From NCBI GenBank assembly GCA_958448685.1, contig CAUDEV010000001.1, forward strand, positions 1-51,629: 51,629 nucleotides of DNA, written 5' to 3'. Position 1 is the stretch's first letter. Each line of letters opens with the position of its first letter. The translations under genes were made by a program, and so were the position numbers. The DNA is from an uncultured Alphaproteobacteria bacterium (GTDB lineage: Bacteria; Pseudomonadota; Alphaproteobacteria; RUG11792). The notes below the pieces were generated by a model. The model had not been told where the DNA came from. It made no database searches and worked only from the letters and a program-made list of their open reading frames with translations. Below are positions 43,864 to 51,629 of the stretch, piece after piece.

Positions 43864-46219
43864 GGAGTATTTCCTTAACTTTCGTAGCTAAGTCTTTTAA
43901 GCTAAAAGGTTTTTGAAGAAAATGAATTTTTGAATTTTTTCCGATATCTTCTCTGAATGTATCTTTCGTATATCCGGAAATAAATATCGTTTCAAAATCA
44001 TTTATTGTTTCTCTTAGTTTTTTATTTAATGTCGGACCATCAATCTTTGGCATGACGACGTCTGTAATTAATAAATCAAATTTTTCTTTTTGTGCAATTT
44101 CCAATGCTTCTTCTCCAGAAGCTGCTTCCAATACCTTGTATCCTTTATCTTTTAAGGCTCTTGATGAAAATAACCTCACTGGATCTTCATCTTCCACTAA
44201 TAATATAGTTTCTGTGCCTGTTAAATCCCTTGAAACTTGCTCTGAATTGATTTTTTGAATAGTTTCTGTGCCTTGATATCTCGGAAGATAGATTTTGAAA
44301 TTTGTCCCTTTATTGAGTTCTGTTTCAACATTTATAAAACCTCCTGTTTGATTTACTATTCCATAAACAGTAGCCAATCCAAGACCTGTTCCTGATCCTG
44401 ATTCTTTTCGGGTTTTCTCGTCTTTGTCAGAAAAGAAAGGTTCAAAAATTTTCTCTATAAATTCAGGTTTTATTCCGCATCCTGTATCTATAACTTCTAT
44501 TAACACATAATCTCCGGAAGGTGCCGTGTCATAAACACATTTGAAATCTTTATCGGAAAAATAATTTCTTGTTTTTATTTTTAATTCACCCTTTCCAGAC
44601 ATAGCATCTCTTGCGTTTATTACCAAGTTTATTATTACCTGTTCGAATTGGTTAATATCAACTTTCACAGGCCAAATATCTCTTCCATGAATCATTTGAA
44701 AATCTATACCCACTCCTATTAATCTTTTTAATAAGGATGATAGATCTGTCAAAACTTCAGTTATTGAAACAATTTTTGGCATTAAAGTTTGTTGTCTTGA
44801 AAAAGCAAGTAATTGACGAACTAAATTAGCTGCTCTTCCAGCGTTTTGTTTTATTTGCATAACATCACTGTAAGAGGAATCATTGATGGTATATCTTTGA
44901 AGTAATAAATCGCAGAAACCTATCATTGCAGTTAATAAATTATTAAAATCATGTGCAATACCTCCTGCAAGCTGCCCCACTGCCTGGATTTTTTGGGATT
45001 GCATAAATTGTTGTTCGAGAATTTTCTGACTTGATATATCAACTAACTGAATCAGAAAAAGGGGTTCTTTCGAGATTTTATCTATTGGACTAACATACGC
45101 AATTGCTGTTGTGTTCCCATCAGATAGTTTTACTTCTACTGAAGAAGATTTTTGGTGTTTTAAATGTTCAATAAGCTCGTCGCTATTTGTTATAAATTCA
45201 GATAAATTTCCATTTTTAGTTAGTATTTTGTTTTTTTCTATTATTACTTTATCCTGAATCATTGCTGAAAAGGCGGGATTTATAGCTTTTATTGCTCCGT
45301 TAATATTTACAGTAATAGATGGAATAATTGAAAAAGAGAAGATATTTTGATTGATAGAGTTGTCTTGTCTCTCATTTTCAAAAGTTTCAGATTTCATTAT
45401 AATCCATGGCTGAATGGAGTTTTTTTGAGCTGGGGATTTTATTAATAAGGCATTAAAATCTTTTGAAAATTTAGGAGATATAATTACTTTGCAAGGTGTT
45501 TGTGAAGATATGTTATAATTAAAATCTTTTATAAATTCATTTATGCTTACACCAATAAGCTTTTCTCGGGAACTATTAAGTTGATTTGCAAATGTAATAT
45601 TGGAACCAATGATTATTCCTCTATTGTTTATATAAAATATCCCTAATGGAAAATGATCTAAAAATCTTTCAAGCTTCTCATGATTTTTAAATATCTTTTC
45701 ACTTTCCCAAAACTGCTTTGAAACATCTGTCAATGTGACAAGTGAAATAGATTCATCAATTAAAGAATCGTTTTCATTCAAAAAAGTTTCGGTTACAAGC
45801 CACCTTTTAAATTGGTTATTTAATCCCGAACCAGAACCTGATAACAAAGTATTGTAATTTTGTCTTTTTTCAAATAATTTATAGAACTTCTGAAAATCTT
45901 GAGATGCAGTAATCTTACCCATTAAATTTCGAAAAAATGAATCTTTATCTGAATATGATTGAGGATGAGTTGTATAAATTATATCTCCATTTTCATTGAA
46001 GGCAGCTAATTCATGATTGAAAGAAAGTGATTTTGAAACTGATCTGATTATATCCAAAAAATAATTAGACTTATCTAAATTTTGCTTTGTTTTGTAAAGG
46101 AATATACAAAGAAGCAAGATAATCAGAAAGAAAACAATTAGTGAAATACCTAAAAATTGATAACTTATGAGAATCTTTTGGTTAATAAATTCTAAGACTT
46201 TTTCCACAAAATTAGACAA
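43853..46219 (-). CDS. cckA: hybrid sensor histidine kinase / response regulator, CckA-like
   Basis: N-terminal transmembrane helix and PAS-like regions. H-box GGIAHDFNNLLTAMIGFCDLLL, G-boxes DTGCGI and GTGLGLATVYGIV, and a receiver domain (ILLVEDEDPVR...DLLITDVVMP). Confidence 0.75.
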   Translation of the reverse strand: MSNFVEKVLEFINQKILISYQFLGISLIVFFLIILLLCIFLYKTKQNLDKSNYFLDIIRSVSKSLSFNHELAAFNENGDIIYTTHPQSYSDKDSFFRNLMGKITASQDFQKFYKLFEKRQNYNTLLSGSGSGLNNQFKRWLVTETFLNENDSLIDESISLVTLTDVSKQFWESEKIFKNHEKLERFLDHFPLGIFYINNRGIIIGSNITFANQLNSSREKLIGVSINEFIKDFNYNISSQTPCKVIISPKFSKDFNALLIKSPAQKNSIQPWIIMKSETFENERQDNSINQNIFSFSIIPSITVNINGAIKAINPAFSAMIQDKVIIEKNKILTKNGNLSEFITNSDELIEHLKHQKSSSVEVKLSDGNTTAIAYVSPIDKISKEPLFLIQLVDISSQKILEQQFMQSQKIQAVGQLAGGIAHDFNNLLTAMIGFCDLLLQRYTINDSSYSDVMQIKQNAGRAANLVRQLLAFSRQQTLMPKIVSITEVLTDLSSLLKRLIGVGIDFQMIHGRDIWPVKVDINQFEQVIINLVINARDAMSGKGELKIKTRNYFSDKDFKCVYDTAPSGDYVLIEVIDTGCGIKPEFIEKIFEPFFSDKDEKTRKESGSGTGLGLATVYGIVNQTGGFINVETELNKGTNFKIYLPRYQGTETIQKINSEQVSRDLTGTETILLVEDEDPVRLFSSRALKDKGYKVLEAASGEEALEIAQKEKFDLLITDVVMPKIDGPTLNKKLRETINDFETIFISGYTKDTFREDIGKNSKIHFLQKPFSLKDLATKVKEILHAG

Positions 46220-46329
46220 GTTGCCTATTTGATTTTTCCACTCTTTCTTTATTATAACAAAAAAAATTTGAAAATCTCATAATAAAGTTGTAAACTCCAA
46301 GAGACTGTTTGTTATAGAGGTATATAAAA

Positions 46330-47580
46330 ATGTTAAGATCAATAGTCGGATATGTTCTGTTTCTTGTAGCAACTTTATGGTTATGCGAAGATAAGGATAT
46401 AAAATTTGGAAGAAATTGGAGACCTGTTATTTATGGCATAATATTTCAATGTGGAGTTATGTTTTTAATGACAAATTTGCCAGCATTTATATCGGGAATA
46501 GAATATGTTGCAAGAGGATTTATGCGTTTAAAAGATGCAACTCTAGAAGGAACTAAATTTGTTTTTGGATATGTCGGAGGTGGTGATTTGCCATTTGAAT
46601 TGAAAGAAAATGGAATTCCATTTGTTTTTGCATTCCAAGTATTACCTACAGTTATTTTAGTCAGTGGTTTATCCGCAATTTTAACTTATCTTAAAATATT
46701 GCCGATTTTTTCAAAAATGATAGGATCAGTTTTCAGATTTGTTTTTAGAATCAAAGATTCAATAGGAATGGTTGCTGCTGCAAAGATATTTGTTGGACAA
46801 CTTGAAGCCCCTTTGTTGATAAAACATAAATTACAATACCTTCCAAAATCAGATATATTTATTATATTATCATTGGCATTTGCAACGACTTCATGTGCGG
46901 TTATGCCTATATATGCAAGTGTACTAGATGGACTTTGCCCGAATCCGATGAAACATATAATAATTTCAACTGTTTTAAGTGTTATTTCTGTTTTAATCGT
47001 ATGTTCTGTTGCAATGCCTGAAGATAAACTTGAATATAATTATAAAGACGATGAAAAACCTGAAGAACAGCAATACACGAGCTTTATGAGTGCTATGTCA
47101 AAAGGTCTTTCTGACGGAACATTTGTTTGGTGGTCTATTATAGGTTCATTAATCGGCATGATTGCTCTAATCACTCTAGCAAATTATTTATTAGCTTTAT
47201 TACCGAATTATTCTGGCTCTCCTATAACTTTACAAAGAATTTTTGGATTTTTTATGTATCCTTTTGCTTGGCTTATGGGAATAGAAAGCTCGGATTTATC
47301 CGCTGTATCCCAAATCTTGGGGACCAAAATGGCTTTAAATGAGACTATTGCATTTTTCGATTTGGCGAAGGCTAATATTTCTCAGGAAAGTATTTTAAAA
47401 ACTATATATGCAATAAATAACTTTGGTAATTTTTCATGTATTGGAATAACTGTTGCAGGTTTGACAGCTTTGGCTCCAAGTCAAAAGAATATAGTAACTT
47501 TAGCAGGAAAAGCTTTTGTTGCTGGATTTTTAGCTTCAGGATTAACCGCAACATTAGCCAGTGCTTTCTTTTCTATTTAA
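46330..47580 (+). CDS. nupC: concentrative nucleoside transporter (NupC family)
   Basis: 416-aa polytopic membrane protein with CNT-like blocks (GTKFVFGY, FAFQVLPTVILVSGL, GLTALAPSQ). Confidence 0.75.
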   Translation: MLRSIVGYVLFLVATLWLCEDKDIKFGRNWRPVIYGIIFQCGVMFLMTNLPAFISGIEYVARGFMRLKDATLEGTKFVFGYVGGGDLPFELKENGIPFVFAFQVLPTVILVSGLSAILTYLKILPIFSKMIGSVFRFVFRIKDSIGMVAAAKIFVGQLEAPLLIKHKLQYLPKSDIFIILSLAFATTSCAVMPIYASVLDGLCPNPMKHIIISTVLSVISVLIVCSVAMPEDKLEYNYKDDEKPEEQQYTSFMSAMSKGLSDGTFVWWSIIGSLIGMIALITLANYLLALLPNYSGSPITLQRIFGFFMYPFAWLMGIESSDLSAVSQILGTKMALNETIAFFDLAKANISQESILKTIYAINNFGNFSCIGITVAGLTALAPSQKNIVTLAGKAFVAGFLASGLTATLASAFFSI

Positions 47581-47592
47581 AAAGGAGATTTT

Positions 47593-49533
47593 ATGCAGAC
47601 TATAATAGATAAGGCTTTTTTACAACATAAAGATGCATGGAGAAATAAAGAAATTTATAAGAAAATATACGATTTCTCCATACAAAATCCAGAAGAATAT
47701 TGGAGAGCTCAGATTGATACATTGTCATGGACAAAAACACCCAATATTGTTATGGAAAAAAAGCCTCATGGAGCCACAAAATGGTTTCCTGATGGAAAAA
47801 TTAATGCTTGTTATAACTGCGTTGATCGCCATGCTGAAAAAAATCCGAATAAAACTGCAATTATTTGGCAAAGTGAAACAGACATTGAACGATATGAATA
47901 CATTTCATTCAAAAAGTTGAAAGAGGAAGTTTGCAGATTTGCAAATACATTGAAGAAACTAGACCTTACAAGAAAAGATTATGTCACAATATATATGCCT
48001 ATGGTTCCTGAAGGAGTTTATGCCTGCTTAGCTTGTACTCGTCTTGGAATTCCATATACAGCAGTGTTTGCAGGCTTTTCACCAAGCGCAGTTGCTCTTC
48101 GTATGAATGATTGCGGATCTAATTTTATTATCACATGTGATGGAAACTCAAGAGGAGGAAAAATCATTCCTCTGAAAAAAAATATTGACGAAGCAAGGAA
48201 AATTTGCAAACGAGAAATACGCTCACTTATAGTAAAACGCCAAAATATTGATATTGATTGGGACGATAAACTTGATTTCGACTATTATGACATTTCAAAG
48301 GATCAATCTACTGATTGTGAAATTGCTGACACAGATTCTGATTCTGAATTATTTATTTTATATACTTCCGGTTCTGTTGGAAAACCAAAAGGTGTTACAA
48401 TGGGAACTGGTGGTTTTCTGATGTTTTCAGGATTAACAGGAAAATATTTCTTTAATCAATTTGATGATGAGATTTTCTGGGGATCAGGAGATATCGGATG
48501 GATGGGAGGACATGCATATGCCCTGTATTCTGCTTTATGTAATGGAGTTACATCTGTTTTCTTTGAAGGCATTCCAACATATCCGAGAAACTCGATTTTC
48601 TGGGAAATTATTGATAAACATAAAGTAACATCTTTCAACACAGCTCCAACAGCACTCAGAGCTATGATGAAACATTCCGAAGAAACGCTAGCTAACACTT
48701 CTCGTGATTCTTTGAAATATCTTGGCGTTTTCGGAGAAATTTTGAATAAAGATGCCTGGTATTGGTATTTCAATGAAGTTGGAAAAGGAAGATGCCCTAT
48801 AGTCAATATGTGGGGACAAACCGAGCTTGGAGGAGTTCCAACAGCTCCTTTGAGTTGTTTGGAGGATATGAAAACTTATGGACATATTGGACGTCAATTT
48901 TTTGGTTGCAAATTAATACTAAAAGATGAAGATGACAATGACATTACAACCCCTGAAACAACTGGAGCTATGTTTATTAAATATCCTATTCCGGGAATGT
49001 TAATACGAGTTTTTGGTGATGAAAATGCTCTTGAAAAAATGTATTATTCACAATCGAAAGAAGATATATATTGTACAGGAGACGAAGCTTATTTCGATTT
49101 TGATGGCAATTTCTGGGTAACTGGAAGAATAGATGATGTTTTGAATGTTTCTGGACACAGAATAAGCCCTATTGAAATTGAAGAAGTCATTGCCGGATGT
49201 GAGGTTGTTGCTGAAGTATCTGTTGTGGGGTATCCTCATGAAGTCAAAGGAGAAGGGATTTATGCTTTCGTAGTTTTGAAAAAGGAAATAACTGACGAGC
49301 AAAGAAGAAATGCTACGAAATTAATTTCTGATAGAGTGAGAAAAATCATAAGTCCAATAACAAAACCGGATATAATTTCAATAGTTAACGATCTTCCAAA
49401 GACACGTTCTGGAAAAATTATGCGAAGAATATTAAGAAAAATCGCAGCTAATGACGTTCAAGATTTCGAAGATTTAACAACCATCTCCAATCCTGATTGT
49501 ATTGAAGATATAATAAATACGTTAAAAAGTTAA
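47593..49533 (+). CDS. acs: acetyl-CoA synthetase (AMP-forming)
   Basis: AMP-binding motif YTSGSVGKPKGV, GDEAYFDFDGNFWVTGRIDDVLNVSGHR and C-terminal PKTRSGKIMRRILRKIA. Confidence 0.9.
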   Translation: MQTIIDKAFLQHKDAWRNKEIYKKIYDFSIQNPEEYWRAQIDTLSWTKTPNIVMEKKPHGATKWFPDGKINACYNCVDRHAEKNPNKTAIIWQSETDIERYEYISFKKLKEEVCRFANTLKKLDLTRKDYVTIYMPMVPEGVYACLACTRLGIPYTAVFAGFSPSAVALRMNDCGSNFIITCDGNSRGGKIIPLKKNIDEARKICKREIRSLIVKRQNIDIDWDDKLDFDYYDISKDQSTDCEIADTDSDSELFILYTSGSVGKPKGVTMGTGGFLMFSGLTGKYFFNQFDDEIFWGSGDIGWMGGHAYALYSALCNGVTSVFFEGIPTYPRNSIFWEIIDKHKVTSFNTAPTALRAMMKHSEETLANTSRDSLKYLGVFGEILNKDAWYWYFNEVGKGRCPIVNMWGQTELGGVPTAPLSCLEDMKTYGHIGRQFFGCKLILKDEDDNDITTPETTGAMFIKYPIPGMLIRVFGDENALEKMYYSQSKEDIYCTGDEAYFDFDGNFWVTGRIDDVLNVSGHRISPIEIEEVIAGCEVVAEVSVVGYPHEVKGEGIYAFVVLKKEITDEQRRNATKLISDRVRKIISPITKPDIISIVNDLPKTRSGKIMRRILRKIAANDVQDFEDLTTISNPDCIEDIINTLKS

Positions 49534-49834
49534 GATTATTCTTATATTTATTTAAAAATTTAAATATTAAAAAGTTTTGTTTTTTGGATTTATGGTAGTT
49601 CATATAATGAAAGTTAGTTAACTAATAAGGATAATATTTTTATTAATAAAAATATTATTAGACTCGCGCTTGCCGGTGTCATAGCCTCTAGTTCTTTAGC
49701 TATGGCATCTTCAAGTTATACCTTTGAATCAACGTATGATCCAATGAATGATCCGACGAATCCGGCCAGTCCTATGTATGGTCCCACGATGATGTAATAG
49801 GTGTTTAGCTGAATTTGGACTATATCATATTACG

Positions 49835-49857
49835 AGAAGAGGTGTTTTGCCTCTTCT
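49835..49857. terminator. hairpin between convergent genes (bidirectional terminator candidate)
   Basis: agaagagg (49835-49842) pairs with cctcttct (49850-49857). Confidence 0.5.
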
Positions 49858-49878
49858 GTTTCAATAACTTTTCGTATC

Positions 49879-50555
49879 CTACATTTTGTCATCAAATAAT
49901 TCTTTCAATTTCGCTGTCACAAAGTTTATGCCACTGAGACGACATATCATTTTTTGACGACAAAATGACGGGATGAGATCATTAAAATGGTCGTATAAAA
50001 AATTAATTAAAAAATATAGTTCTTTGATTTTTTGATTATCATAGCCGTTTTTTTTCATTACTACAGCTAGATTCTTATAAGAGCCGGGATAAGAGTCACC
50101 ATTCTGCAATAACTCAGAAGGTACTTCTATTTCGTCTTGTAAAAAACGTTTAAGGAAAAGCTGAGTGTAAAAACTTACTCTATCTTTCATGTAAATTCGT
50201 AAGAATGATATACGATTTTGCTTTTCAGAGGAAATATTCCGATTTCTAAATAATTCTTTATTCAAACAGCTGTGCTCTTTATCCAGCTCTTTCAAGGATA
50301 TACTGTTGCATTCTTCATAATTGCTTTTATAACTGGGGTCATAAACGAATTTTGAATTGAATGCATTTATTTCATTTTTAGACAAGGGACTGCTTATTGT
50401 GAGCTTTATATCTGTACTCAAATCAGAAACATTTGTCTTAAAAAAGAAGGATCTGAAGAGACCGTATAGAGTAAAATACTTTCAAGTGATGCAGCTTCGT
50501 ATATGGTTATACAATTTATCAAAAGCATAACGGGTAAGAATTTTAAAATTTTCAT
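49879..50555 (-). pseudogene. lipoprotein gene split at a T6 tract (A6 on the plus strand, 50440-50445)
   Basis: Signal/lipobox ORF MKILKFLPVMLLINC... (50418-50555) is in one frame. The 180-aa body (49879-50421) is in another frame and has only a TTG start. One extra T in the tract would fuse them. Confidence 0.55.
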
Positions 50556-50628
50556 AAGTTTAATAAAAAATAATTAACATTGTCGCATTTTAATACAACT
50601 ATAGGTGATTGTCAATAATTAAAATATA

Positions 50629-51629
50629 TTATGGAATATGTATTGATTCTTCTTCAATTATGTCTTCCTCATCGGTTTCATAAAGCTTGTCAAGCAAAGC
50701 GCTCATTTTTGGTTTTCCTTTTGTGTTTTCTATAAATATCGACTCATCTTCTATTACTACCTTATCCAAAATTTCTTTCTTATCTATTTGAGCAAAAAGA
50801 CTATTTTTTGCATTTTTCAAGTTTTGTGTTTTGTTTGTTATAGGATAGTCTTTGAAATATTTATCCATTAATTGTGCAGCATACATATCTCTTGATTTTG
50901 CATTTTCACCCCCCATTACAACAACAAACAGGCGTTTTGCTTTTCCTGTTTTGCTATACCTTATGGCAGTTACTAAAAGATTATATCCTGACGCATTAAT
51001 ATATCCTGTTTTGGCTCCATCAGCTCCTTTGTACCAATGCAATATTTTGCAATGAGTGCTATAAGTTTTTGATTTATAAGTGAATTGTTTTAAGCAAAAT
51101 AGATGTCTGTATTGGGGAAAATCTTTATATAAAGCTATTCCCAATCGAGCGAGATCTCTCGCACAGCTTTTTTGTTTTTTGTTTGGAACGCCTGAAGGAT
51201 TAACGAAATTTGTATTTCTCATACCTAATAACCGGCATTTTTGATTCATAAGAGCGCAAAATTTTGTAACATTTCCAGCTATTCCTTCTGCCGCAACAAC
51301 AGCAGCATCATTTGCAGATTTTATAAATAATGCTTTTATAAGATTTAAAACGCTGATCTTTTCTCCGACTTTTAAGCCTAATTTTGAAGGCATTTGATTG
51401 CAGGCAAATTTCGAAGCTTTAAATTTTGTATTGAAGGTAATTTTGCCTTTTTTTATATGATCAAAGAGGATATAAATAGTTATAAGTTTTGTTATCGAGG
51501 CCGGAAACCTTGAGGTTGTAGCTCTATCTGAAAATAAAACCTTATTTCCATTTGTATAATCGATAACTATTGCCGCCTTTTTAGAAGTATTCGCATTTAA
51601 AATCGGAATAAGAAAAAAACAGATTAAAA
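50629..51629 (-). CDS. D-alanyl-D-alanine carboxypeptidase (S11, PBP5/6-like); 5' end runs off the window
   Basis: SxxK (PASITK, upstream of the track ORF), SxN (SANDAA) and KTG (KTGY) motifs. The frame is open to position 51629. Confidence 0.85.
   Translation of the reverse strand, partial: LICFFLIPILNANTSKKAAIVIDYTNGNKVLFSDRATTSRFPASITKLITIYILFDHIKKGKITFNTKFKASKFACNQMPSKLGLKVGEKISVLNLIKALFIKSANDAAVVAAEGIAGNVTKFCALMNQKCRLLGMRNTNFVNPSGVPNKKQKSCARDLARLGIALYKDFPQYRHLFCLKQFTYKSKTYSTHCKILHWYKGADGAKTGYINASGYNLLVTAIRYSKTGKAKRLFVVVMGGENAKSRDMYAAQLMDKYFKDYPITNKTQNLKNAKNSLFAQIDKKEILDKVVIEDESIFIENTKGKPKMSALLDKLYETDEEDIIEEESIHIP

Noticed and set aside
1-51629. CRISPR arrays, rRNA genes, retron/DGR reverse transcriptases
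   Set aside because: No regularly spaced direct repeats, no rRNA-like sequence and no RT motifs (YxDD) were seen on either strand.

Overview
This is an AT-rich bacterial chromosome segment in two parts. All product calls come from motifs read by eye; no searches were run.

Positions ~1-25,400 hold a phage-derived island, visibly richer in G+C than the rest. It carries an early/recombination module (ERF annealing protein, VRR-NUC nuclease, wHTH replication-like protein). It also carries a PanA/DUF4065-type toxin-antitoxin pair, a large terminase and a long leftward block of virion genes. That block includes a portal-like fragment, very large internal-virion-like proteins and a tail fibre with ~40-aa repeats. 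An IS110-family insertion sequence sits inside the island.

The island looks like a decaying prophage. The terminase, portal/1061-aa junction and tail fibre (twice) need frameshifts, and the 400-aa/131-aa gene pair may need one. Several ORFs are cut by single in-frame TAA or TAG codons while coding sequence continues without a restart codon. I could not recognise a capsid protein or an integrase.

Positions ~25,400-51,629 are intact housekeeping genes of an alphaproteobacterial, endosymbiont-like host, judged from a CckA-type hybrid kinase with the HDFNNLL H-box. Genes present: ruvC, a YbhG/F/S-like HlyD-ABC-ABC2 exporter, pnp, parB-parA-rsmG, rimI, tsaB, a radical-SAM activase, thrS, gatC, ruvB, tRNA-Leu(CAA), yggU, nupC, acs and a D-Ala-D-Ala carboxypeptidase.

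Signals not explained by genes:
- A family of four GC-rich ~45-nt hairpins with covarying stems and a conserved loop. Two of them bracket the phage island.
- Four consensus parS sites within 830 bp. Three lie inside rimI, and one carries a base change that avoids an in-frame TGA.
- Long structured non-coding ends on the IS110 element, which are bridge/seek-RNA candidates.
- A triple 15-nt SD/anti-SD repeat around a leader ORF.
- Homopolymer-associated frame breaks in one phage gene and one host lipoprotein gene.
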